Assembly: GCA_018817165.1 (NCBI GenBank) | Contig: JAHITY010000124.1 | Coordinates: forward strand, 97,973 to 161,972 | Direction of reading: 5' to 3' | Length of the DNA stretch: 64,000 nucleotides | Source of the DNA: Candidatus Omnitrophota bacterium | GTDB taxonomy: Bacteria; Omnitrophota; Gorgyraeia; B26-G9 | Shown: positions 37,745 to 45,438 of the stretch, piece after piece | Numbering within the stretch: position 1 is the stretch's first letter | Layout of the letters: each line of letters opens with the position of its first letter | Notes under the pieces: generated by a model | Database searches by the model: none | Told to the model about the DNA's origin: nothing | Seen by the model: only the letters and a program-made list of their open reading frames with translations | Program-made: the position numbers and the translations under genes

Positions 37745-38326
37745 ATGGCTAAAAACCACGGCAGATTGTTTGTGATTTCTGCTCCTTCTGGAGCCGGTAA
37801 AACTACCTTAGTAAATAAGGTACTTAAATTATGCCCGAATATTGTACGCTCTGTGTCGATGACTACCCGTCAAATCAGAAAAGGAGAAGCAGCAGGCCGG
37901 GATTATTTATATGTAAGCAAAGAAAAATTCGAAAGCCTTATCAAAGTCAACGGATTTTTAGAATATGCTCAGGTATTTGGCAATTATTATGGCAGTCCGA
38001 GAAAGTTCATTGAGGCTCAACTTAGACAAAAAAAAGATGTTATTCTGACAATTGATGTTCAGGGCGCAATGAAAATTCAAAAAAGCATGGCAAATAAGGC
38101 AGTATTTATTTTTATTTTGCCGCCTAAATTTTCGGATTTAAAAAAACGCTTGTTAAAGCGTAAATCTGACAGCTCTAAAGAAATAGCCAATAGATTGAGA
38201 ATTGCCAAACAGGAGATGAAATATTTAAAATATTATGACTATCAAATTATTAATGATGATATAAAAATTGCTTATCAGCAATTGCTGTCGATTTTTATAT
38301 CTACAAAATGCAAGATATTGAAATAG
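37745..38326 (+). CDS. gmk: guanylate kinase
   Basis: P-loop SAPSGAGKTT, SVSMTTR and YGSP... motifs. Confidence 0.85.
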   Translation: MAKNHGRLFVISAPSGAGKTTLVNKVLKLCPNIVRSVSMTTRQIRKGEAAGRDYLYVSKEKFESLIKVNGFLEYAQVFGNYYGSPRKFIEAQLRQKKDVILTIDVQGAMKIQKSMANKAVFIFILPPKFSDLKKRLLKRKSDSSKEIANRLRIAKQEMKYLKYYDYQIINDDIKIAYQQLLSIFISTKCKILK

Positions 38327-38337
38327 GAGATTGGATT

Positions 38338-38541
38338 ATGGAAGAGATGGAAAAATTAGTCAAGCAAACTGGCAGTATCTTTAAATTAGCGATTTTGGCG
38401 GCAAAAAGAACTTGTGAGCTTAATAATGGTTTTAAAGCCAAAATTGATGATATTAAAGGCAAAAAATTGGCAACAATAGCTTTAGAAGAAATTGCTGAAG
38501 GTAAAATCGAATTTACTACTGATGCTGCGAGTGATGTTTGA
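38338..38541 (+). CDS. rpoZ: DNA-directed RNA polymerase subunit omega
   Basis: Conserved gmk-rpoZ order; KLAILAAKRTCEL matches the omega core helix; start ambiguous (38308 or 38338). Confidence 0.5.
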   Translation: MEEMEKLVKQTGSIFKLAILAAKRTCELNNGFKAKIDDIKGKKLATIALEEIAEGKIEFTTDAASDV

Positions 38542-38581
38542 TTTGTTGTTTAAAAATAAATAATTTTAAGAAAAATTTAAA

Positions 38582-39127
38582 ATGAAAAAAGCAAATAAAC
38601 AAATTTTGATCGCGGTTACCGGAGGAATCAGTGCTTATAAAGCTTGTGAGCTGGTGCGTGATCTGATGAAAAAAGGTCATAGTGTAAGCGTGATGATGAC
38701 ACGGGAAGCAACGCAGTTTGTTACTGCCTTGACATTTCGCACTTTGACCAATCAGCCGGTAATCGTGGACATGTTTGATCCGGATCTAAAATGGGATCCT
38801 TGTCATATTGCATTGGCTGAGCGGGCTGATATTGTCGCGGTTGTTCCTGCCACAGCTAATTTTATTGCTAAGCTGGCCAATGGGCTTTGTGATGATATCT
38901 CAAGCTGCGTGATTATGGCGACAAAAGCTAAGATCCTAATTGCCCCGGCAATGAATGATAATATGTACAGCCATCCGGCTTTTAAGCAAAATCTGGAAAA
39001 GGTTAAAAACTTTGGCTATCGAATAGTTTCCCCAATCACGGGTGCTTTGGCTTGTGGTAAAACAGCTATGGGGCATTTAGCGCCTGTTTCTAAAATTAGT
39101 CAGGAAATCGAAAAGCTGCTTGAATGA
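38582..39127 (+). CDS. coaC: phosphopantothenoylcysteine decarboxylase (flavoprotein)
   Basis: ILIAVTGGISAYKA and PAMN motifs. Confidence 0.8.
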   Translation: MKKANKQILIAVTGGISAYKACELVRDLMKKGHSVSVMMTREATQFVTALTFRTLTNQPVIVDMFDPDLKWDPCHIALAERADIVAVVPATANFIAKLANGLCDDISSCVIMATKAKILIAPAMNDNMYSHPAFKQNLEKVKNFGYRIVSPITGALACGKTAMGHLAPVSKISQEIEKLLE

Positions 39128-39768
39128 AATTAAAAAAATCTGCTTTAAATGTCTTAATCAGTGCTGGGCCTACACGGGAATTTATTGATCCAGTGCGTTT
39201 TATTTCCAATAGTTCTACGGGTACCTTTGGCTATTTATTGGCCAAAACCGCAAAACAGCTGGGTCATAATATTGTGCTTCTGATGGGGCCGAGTAATTTT
39301 AAACCAATTCCTGGAATTGAAACAATAAATTTTATTAGTGCTTTGGATTTAAAAAAACAAATGGATGATTATTTTGATTGGGCTGATTGTATTATATGTT
39401 CAGCGGCAGTGGGTGATTTTAGGCCAGTTATCAGAGCGAAACATAAAATTAAAAAAAATCAGATGATGGCGCGGATCAAGCTTCGGCCGAATCCGGATAT
39501 TTTAAAAGCTTTGGGTAAAAAGAAAAAGAATAAGATTTTAGTTGGTTTTGCTTTAGAAAGCGAGAATTTGTTAAAAAACGCTCAAGCTAAATTAAAAGCG
39601 AAAAACCTTGATTTAATTATTGCTAATCAGATTGACAGCGATAAAAACCCTTTTGGCTCAGGTTTGACCAATGCTTACTTGATTGATTCTGCTGATTTTA
39701 AGCAATATGATAATATTTCTAAGGCAAAACTAGTTAGAATTATCCTTGACAGGATAAGCTCATTATGA
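39124..39768 (+). CDS. coaB: phosphopantothenate-cysteine ligase
   Basis: LISAGPTREFIDPVRFISNSSTGTFG; separate ORF overlapping coaC by ATGA. Confidence 0.8.
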   Translation: MKLKKSALNVLISAGPTREFIDPVRFISNSSTGTFGYLLAKTAKQLGHNIVLLMGPSNFKPIPGIETINFISALDLKKQMDDYFDWADCIICSAAVGDFRPVIRAKHKIKKNQMMARIKLRPNPDILKALGKKKKNKILVGFALESENLLKNAQAKLKAKNLDLIIANQIDSDKNPFGSGLTNAYLIDSADFKQYDNISKAKLVRIILDRISSL

Positions 39769-39818
39769 TATTATTTTAATGTCATAAACGTTATATTAAT
39801 ATAACAAAGGAGGTAGTA

Positions 39819-40277
39819 ATGTTAAAAAGAAGTAAGGGGTTTACGTTAATTGAATTATTGGTTGTAATGGCTGTTATTGCTATTTTAGCAGGCGCTTTAT
39901 TGCCGTCATTAGGCAGAGCCAGAGAGCAAGGCAGAAGAACGACATGTATGAATAACCTTAAACAAATTGGTTTGGGAATAGCGATGTTTAGATTAGATAA
40001 TGGCGATAACTATCCCGCAGGTTTAGATGATTTATTTAATGTTGCTTTGCCGAGTGATGGATATATTGATAATATTAATGTATTTGTTTGCCCAAGTTCG
40101 GGTAGTGCAGTTCCAGCATTACCATCTGCTGGTGATTATACTTATATTCAGCCGGCTTTAACTGCTGCGTCAACAATAATAATGTGTTCTGACGCTACTG
40201 GAAACCATGGTACTCCGGGTACTGGTGGAAATCAGCTTTCAGTCGATGGTCGCGTAGCTTGGGATCCGACTATATAG
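39819..40277 (+). CDS. prepilin-type N-terminal cleavage/methylation domain protein (DUF1559-like, PVC-type)
   Basis: [20 protein letters not shown] prepilin motif; C-terminal ...SVDGRVAWD. Confidence 0.7.
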   Translation: MLKRSKGFTLIELLVVMAVIAILAGALLPSLGRAREQGRRTTCMNNLKQIGLGIAMFRLDNGDNYPAGLDDLFNVALPSDGYIDNINVFVCPSSGSAVPALPSAGDYTYIQPALTAASTIIMCSDATGNHGTPGTGGNQLSVDGRVAWDPTI

Positions 40278-40301
40278 TAATTATGTGATATTGTAATTAT
40301 A

Positions 40302-40358
40302 AACATATTAAGCACTTAAGTTTATATACGCTTAAGTGCTTAATTTTTGGTTTTTTGC
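40302..40358 (+). terminator. rho-independent terminator
   Basis: ttaagcacttaag ... cttaagtgcttaa inverted repeat followed by tttttggtttttt. Confidence 0.5.
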
Positions 40359-40373
40359 TGATTTAGATTTTAT

Positions 40374-40448
40374 GGCGGCGTAGCCAAGTGGGAAGGCAGA
40401 GGTCTGCAAAACCTCTATTCAGCGGTCCGAATCCGCTCGCCGCCTCCA
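40374..40448 (+). tRNA. tRNA-Cys (GCA)
   Basis: Acceptor GGCGGCG/CGCCGCC, anticodon loop cuGCAaa, T-arm agcgg-tccgaat-ccgct, discriminator U, encoded CCA. Confidence 0.8.
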
Positions 40449-40672
40449 TGAACCATTCGCTGTGCTCAGGCTTTGCCCTGTACTGCATTGCAGTACAGGG
40501 TTCATGTCACTGCCAGAAAGAAGAGCTGCGAGCGATGTGCGATTTCCCTCGCCGCCTGCTTTTGACCCAGAGCGAGCGTATTGAGTCGAAAGACCAAGGG
40601 AAAATAAAAAAACAGTAAAAAATGTTGTTATTTTGATATAAAATGTGTTAGAATAACTACTTCAGCAATACT

Positions 40673-40756
40673 GGGTGAGTGGTGGAATGGCATACACGAC
40701 GGACTTAAAATCCGTTGACTGTAATGGTCTTGAGGGTTCGAATCCCTCCTTGCCCA
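40673..40756 (+). tRNA. tRNA-Leu (UAA), type II with long variable arm
   Basis: Anticodon stem acgga/tccgt with loop cuUAAaa; T-arm gaggg-ttcgaat-ccctc; acceptor with two G-U pairs; followed by hairpin ggggtaaa...tttacccc. Confidence 0.7.
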
Positions 40757-40816
40757 TTTATTTTAAACTAGGCAATGGGGTAAAGGTTTTCTGCTTTTAC
40801 CCCATAATCCTAATAG

Positions 40817-40893
40817 GGGCGGTTAGCTCAGTTGGTTAGAGCGTTGCGTTGACATCGCAAAGGTCACAGATTCGAGTTCTGTACCGCCCACCA
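40817..40893 (+). tRNA. tRNA-Val (GAC)
   Basis: GGGCGGTTAGCTCAGTTGGTTAGAGCG; anticodon loop ttGACat; T-arm acaga-ttcgagt-tctgt; acceptor accgccc; CCA encoded. Confidence 0.8.
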
Positions 40894-41196
40894 TAAACCA
40901 CTCGCCAAAAAGCGGCTTGGGTTCATGGCACGGCCATTTAAGAACGAAGAATCTGAAAAGAGGATTTTAGGGAGAAAGATTGCTCCGTCGCTACGCTTGT
41001 CGCAACGAAGATAATTTTGTGCGTTGGTTTCTCCCTATCGGCGTACTTGAACTTCCTGCCATGAACCAAAGCGAAGCTTGGTACATGGCAAGCGGAAGGA
41101 AAAGGAATATTAAGGGAAAACCATAAGGGTTGTCCCTTAAGGAGTGCGCACCTGAGCACGGCGCTGTTTTACAAGCGTTAGCGGAGGGTGCAAACG

Positions 41197-41291
41197 ACAG
41201 ATTGGAGTTCTGTACCGCCCACCATAAACCACTCGCCAAAAAGCGGCTTGGGTTCATGGCACGGTCATTGAAGGAACGAAGAATCTGAAAG
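41197..41291 (+). repeat. direct repeat of tRNA-Val 3-prime end (T-arm, acceptor, CCA) plus 65 bp of downstream flank
   Basis: ~95 bp nearly identical to 40866-40959 (3 mismatches: T-loop C to G, C/T, 1-nt indel). Confidence 0.75.
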
Positions 41292-41344
41292 TAAAACAAA
41301 AACTGGGATTGTTAACTCGTTAACGCGTTAACTGTATAATTTTT

Positions 41345-43081
41345 ATGGTTGATTTATCTACATTAAGACATAGTTGTTCGCATATCATGGCGCAGGCTGT
41401 AACTGAGTTGTTTCCTGAGGTTAAAGTGGCGATCGGTCCTTCGATTGAGGACGGGTTTTATTATGATTTTGAAAAACCTGAGCCGTTTAATCCTGAGGAT
41501 CTGCTGAAAATTGAAAAAGTAATGAAGCATATTATCAAGCAGAATCAGCTGTTTACCAGTGAACAATGGACTAAACAGCAGGCGATCGACTATTTTACGC
41601 AGCACAAAGAAACTTATAAGCTGGAATTGATCGAGGCAATTGCTGATGATCATGTGACTGTCTATAAAACCGGAGATAAGTTTTTAGATCTTTGCCGCGG
41701 ACCGCATATTGGTTCAACCGGAGAGATTAAAGCATTTAAATTATTATCGATTGCCGGGGCTTACTGGCGGGGTGATGAAAAAAACCCCATGCTTCAGAGA
41801 ATTTACGGCACTTGTTTTGAAACTAAAGAATTACTTGATGAATATTTGACCAGACTGGAAGAAGCCAAGAAGAGAGATCATCGAAAACTTGGCACAGAGC
41901 TGGAGCTGTTTGAAATGTCTGATGAAATGGGCGCGGGATTGGTATTGTATCATCCTAAAGGCACGGTATTGCGCGGGATACTTGAAGATTATGAAAAAGC
42001 TGAGCATCGTAAACGGGGTTATCACCAGATAATCGGCCCGATGATCATGAAGTCTGATATTTGGATAAAATCCGGACATTATGATTACTATAAAGAGAAT
42101 ATGTATATTTTCTCAGTAGAAGGCAAAGAATTCGCGATAAAGCCGATGAATTGTCCTGGACATATCATGGTTTATAAATCTAAGAAACGCAGTTACCGTG
42201 AATTGCCATTACGTTTATTTGAACTAGGCACTGTGCACAGACATGAAAAATCCGGAGTATTGCATGGATTATTAAGAGTTCGCGGTTTTACTCAGGATGA
42301 CGCGCATTTATTTTGTACAGCGGATAATCTGAAATCGGAAATTAAAGATATTATTGATTTTGTTATTGATACGATGAAGGTATTTGGTTTTAAAGAATGG
42401 CATATTGAACTGAGTACTCGTCCGGAAAAAAGCATTGGAACTGATGCTGATTGGCAGCAGGCAACTGAGGCTTTAGCTGAATCGTTGAAAGAAAAAGAAT
42501 TAAAGTTTGATATCAATGAAGGTGACGGAGCTTTTTACGGACCAAAGATCGATATTAAATTAAAAGACGCGATCGGTAGGCAATGGCAGTGCGCGACAAT
42601 TCAATGTGATTTTGCTCTGCCGGAGCGGTTTGATTTAAAATATGACGCGGCTGATGGTACTCAGAAAAGGCCGATCATGCTGCACCGCGTATTATTGGGC
42701 AGCTTGGAAAGATTCTTTGGCTGTTTGATCGAACAGTATGCCGGGGCTTTTCCGGTATGGTTGGCACCAGTGCAGTTAAAAGTTGTTCCGATTTCGGAAA
42801 AACAGCATGATTACGCGCAAGCGGTATATCAGAAATTATTTGATTTAGGGATTAGATGTGAAGCTGATAGGCGTAATGAAAAAGTCGGCTATAAAATTCG
42901 CGACGCGGTAAAGCAAAAAGTTCCTTATATTTTGGTTGTGGGGGATAATGAGATTGCTAATCAAACTGTGGCTGTGCGCTATGAACGCGGCGCGGAAAAA
43001 GGCCAGACAGTCAATGATGTTAAATTAGAGGATTTTATTAAGACTATTAACGAAAAGATCGAATCACGAATAGTAGAATAA
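41345..43081 (+). CDS. thrS: threonyl-tRNA synthetase
   Basis: N2 editing-domain motifs HSCSHIMAQAV ... GFYYDFE; class II motifs incl. CRGPH; TATAAT box 5 bp upstream of the ATG. Confidence 0.85.
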   Translation: MVDLSTLRHSCSHIMAQAVTELFPEVKVAIGPSIEDGFYYDFEKPEPFNPEDLLKIEKVMKHIIKQNQLFTSEQWTKQQAIDYFTQHKETYKLELIEAIADDHVTVYKTGDKFLDLCRGPHIGSTGEIKAFKLLSIAGAYWRGDEKNPMLQRIYGTCFETKELLDEYLTRLEEAKKRDHRKLGTELELFEMSDEMGAGLVLYHPKGTVLRGILEDYEKAEHRKRGYHQIIGPMIMKSDIWIKSGHYDYYKENMYIFSVEGKEFAIKPMNCPGHIMVYKSKKRSYRELPLRLFELGTVHRHEKSGVLHGLLRVRGFTQDDAHLFCTADNLKSEIKDIIDFVIDTMKVFGFKEWHIELSTRPEKSIGTDADWQQATEALAESLKEKELKFDINEGDGAFYGPKIDIKLKDAIGRQWQCATIQCDFALPERFDLKYDAADGTQKRPIMLHRVLLGSLERFFGCLIEQYAGAFPVWLAPVQLKVVPISEKQHDYAQAVYQKLFDLGIRCEADRRNEKVGYKIRDAVKQKVPYILVVGDNEIANQTVAVRYERGAEKGQTVNDVKLEDFIKTINEKIESRIVE

Positions 43082-43103
43082 CTAATGAAAGGAAGGTGGG
43101 AAT

Positions 43104-43610
43104 ATTTCGAAGTTTGTAAAAGTGAATGAGCAAATCAGAGCCAAAGAAGTAAGGTTAGTCGGAGCTGAAGGGGAGCAAATAGGGATAGTATCGATATTTG
43201 ATGCAATGAGCAAAGCCAAAGCCGTGGAGCTCGATTTGGTGGAAGTAGCTCCGGATTCAACTCCTCCGGTTTGTCGGATCATGGATTACACTAAATTCCG
43301 CTATGATCAGAAGAAACAGCAGCGGGAGGCTAAGAAAAAGCAAAAGGTTGTTCAGACTAAGGAAATTAGACTTAAGCCGAAAATCGGAGAACATGATTAT
43401 CAGGTAAAAGTAAAAGCCTTAAAGAAATTCCTTGAGCATCATGACAAGGTTAGAGTAAGAATGACTTATCGGGGCAGAGAAATGGCGCACATGGAATTTG
43501 GCCAGAAGATATTAGACCGGATTGTTCTGGATGCCGCGGAATTTGGAGATTTAGAACGCGCTCCTGTCAGAGAAGGTCGTAATGTTATATTGACATTTAA
43601 GCCGAAATAA
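43104..43610 (+). CDS. infC: translation initiation factor IF-3 (AUU start)
   Basis: SD aaggaaggtggg 5-7 nt upstream of in-frame ATT at 43104; the next in-frame codon upstream is a stop; VRLVGAEGEQIGIVS and IF3 C-domain motifs. Confidence 0.75.
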   Translation: MSKFVKVNEQIRAKEVRLVGAEGEQIGIVSIFDAMSKAKAVELDLVEVAPDSTPPVCRIMDYTKFRYDQKKQQREAKKKQKVVQTKEIRLKPKIGEHDYQVKVKALKKFLEHHDKVRVRMTYRGREMAHMEFGQKILDRIVLDAAEFGDLERAPVREGRNVILTFKPK

Positions 43611-43637
43611 TTAGGCGTAAAAAGGAAGAGGAAAGCA

Positions 43638-43841
43638 ATGCCGAAGATGAAATTAAAGACTAAAAAAGGGGTAAAAAAGCGTTTTAGTTTTACTAAGAAA
43701 AATAAAGTAAAACATGATAAGGCGAATAAAGGTCATTTGAAATCAGCGAACAACGCAAAGAATACGAGAAATACCCGTAGAACTGGCGTGGTATCAAAAT
43801 CTGAAACAAAAATGATCAAGACTTTAATGCCGTACAATTAA
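43638..43841 (+). CDS. rpmI: 50S ribosomal protein L35
   Basis: MPKMKLKTKKGVKKRF... Confidence 0.85.
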   Translation: MPKMKLKTKKGVKKRFSFTKKNKVKHDKANKGHLKSANNAKNTRNTRRTGVVSKSETKMIKTLMPYN

Positions 43842-43981
43842 ATTTTTTTTACTTGAGTATATGCAGCAAGACGCCTTAGTCGGGTTCTTTTTGATAAAAG
43901 TTCTCTGGCAAGGTCCACAAGTTCGCAACAAATATACTCAGGACTGTTCTGCTGTGCAGAACGCATAAGGAGGTAAATAAA

Positions 43982-44335
43982 ATGCCAAGAGTAAGAAGGT
44001 CACCAGCTACAAAAAAGAGAAAGAAAAAGATTATAAAAGCCGTTAAAGGCGCGTTTGGTCTGCGGAAAAATGTTTATCGCAGAGCAAAGGAAACTATCCA
44101 AAGAGCTTTACAGTTTGCTCAACGTGACCGTAAAACTCGCAAACGTGAGTTCAGACAGCTTTGGACCGTCAGAATTAATGCCGCTGTACGCGAACAGGAT
44201 ATGTCTTATAGCCGTTTTATTGGCGCTTTGAAAAAAGCCAATGTGCTTGTAGATAGAAAAATGATGGCTGAGCTGGCAGTTAATGATAAGCCGGCATTTG
44301 CCGCTTTGGTTAATGTGGCCAAATCAGTAAAGTAA
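43982..44335 (+). CDS. rplT: 50S ribosomal protein L20
   Basis: MPRVRRSPATKKRKKKIIK ... QLWTVRINAAVR. Confidence 0.9.
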   Translation: MPRVRRSPATKKRKKKIIKAVKGAFGLRKNVYRRAKETIQRALQFAQRDRKTRKREFRQLWTVRINAAVREQDMSYSRFIGALKKANVLVDRKMMAELAVNDKPAFAALVNVAKSVK

Positions 44336-44375
44336 TATCTTTTAGACGATTAACTTTTTAACCAAAAAGACTAAC

Positions 44376-45410
44376 ATGGATGATAAACTAAAAGCTATAG
44401 AGCAGGAATTCAAACAGGCGATTAGTAATGCTGATTCTCAGGAAATCCTTGAGAATATCCGGATTAGGTTTTTAGGCAGAAAAGAAGGACTGGTAACAAA
44501 TATTTTTAAACAGCTGGGAACAGTTTCCCCTGAGCAAAAACCTTTGTACGGTCAGAAAATTAATCAGTTAAAAGACCTGGTAACTCAGGAAATAGACAAT
44601 AAAGCCAAACAAATTGAAGGGCAGATCGCCAAGGGAGTCAGCCAAAAAGCAAGTAAAGGTTTTGATATAACCTTACCGGCTTTTAAGCAGACAATTGCCA
44701 AGGCACATCCTCTGACATTAGTCAGGGATGAGATCTGCTCTTTGTTTATTGAAATGGGTTTTAATATAGTCGAAGGTCCGGAGATCGAGACTGAATACTA
44801 TAATTTTGAAGCTTTGAACATTCCTTTAGAACATCCATCAAGAGAATCTTTTGATACATTCTATTTGGATAAAAAGCATTTACTGCGCAGTCATACATCA
44901 CCCGTCCAGATCCGCTACATGGAAAACAAACAACCGCCGATCCAGATCATTGTTCCCGGCAAAGTATATCGCCCGGATGCTACTGATGCCACGCATTCAT
45001 TTATGTTTCATCAGTTGGAAGGCTTATTAATTGATAAAAACATCACTTTAGCCCATCTTAAAGGGGTTTTAAGCGTATTTGCTAAAAAATTGTTTGGAGC
45101 AAAGACCAAAACCAGATTTCGTCCGCACTTTTTTCCGTTTACTGAGCCATCCGCGGAAATGGATGTAAGCTGCATTATCTGCGGCGGCAAAGGCTGCAGA
45201 GTCTGTAAACACAATGGCTGGATTGAAATCTTGGGCTCGGGCATGGTGCATCCTAAGGTTTTAAAAGCGGGAAATATAGACAGTAAAAAATTCTCGGGTT
45301 TCGCGTTCGGCATGGGCATTGAAAGAATTGCCATGCTTAAATACGGGATTGATGATATTAGATTATTTTATGAAAATGATTTAAGATTTGTCAAACAGTT
45401 CAGCTGTTAA
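44376..45410 (+). CDS. pheS: phenylalanyl-tRNA synthetase alpha subunit
   Basis: Class II motifs FHQLEGL and GFAFGMGIERIAM. Confidence 0.9.
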   Translation: MDDKLKAIEQEFKQAISNADSQEILENIRIRFLGRKEGLVTNIFKQLGTVSPEQKPLYGQKINQLKDLVTQEIDNKAKQIEGQIAKGVSQKASKGFDITLPAFKQTIAKAHPLTLVRDEICSLFIEMGFNIVEGPEIETEYYNFEALNIPLEHPSRESFDTFYLDKKHLLRSHTSPVQIRYMENKQPPIQIIVPGKVYRPDATDATHSFMFHQLEGLLIDKNITLAHLKGVLSVFAKKLFGAKTKTRFRPHFFPFTEPSAEMDVSCIICGGKGCRVCKHNGWIEILGSGMVHPKVLKAGNIDSKKFSGFAFGMGIERIAMLKYGIDDIRLFYENDLRFVKQFSC

Positions 45411-45438
45411 CAATCAACATAAAAAAAGAAAAGTGAAT

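Noticed and set aside
40388-40618. 76-aa ORF
   Set aside because: Overlaps tRNA-Cys and the palindromic region downstream; an artefact of the GC-rich tRNA sequence
40960-41227. Possible tmRNA (segment ends in a tRNA-like T-arm/acceptor/CCA and contains GCAAACGAC, the codons that open the E. coli tag)
   Set aside because: The 3-prime part is simply the duplicated tRNA-Val end. There is no matching 5-prime acceptor strand with a G-U Ala identity pair, and the downstream reading frame does not give a hydrophobic tag ending in a stop at a plausible position
41250-41270. Sigma-54-like promoter TGGCACGgtcaTTGA in the duplicated tRNA flank
   Set aside because: Lacks the essential GC dinucleotide at -12 (TTGA instead of TTGC); the other copy is even worse (TTTA)
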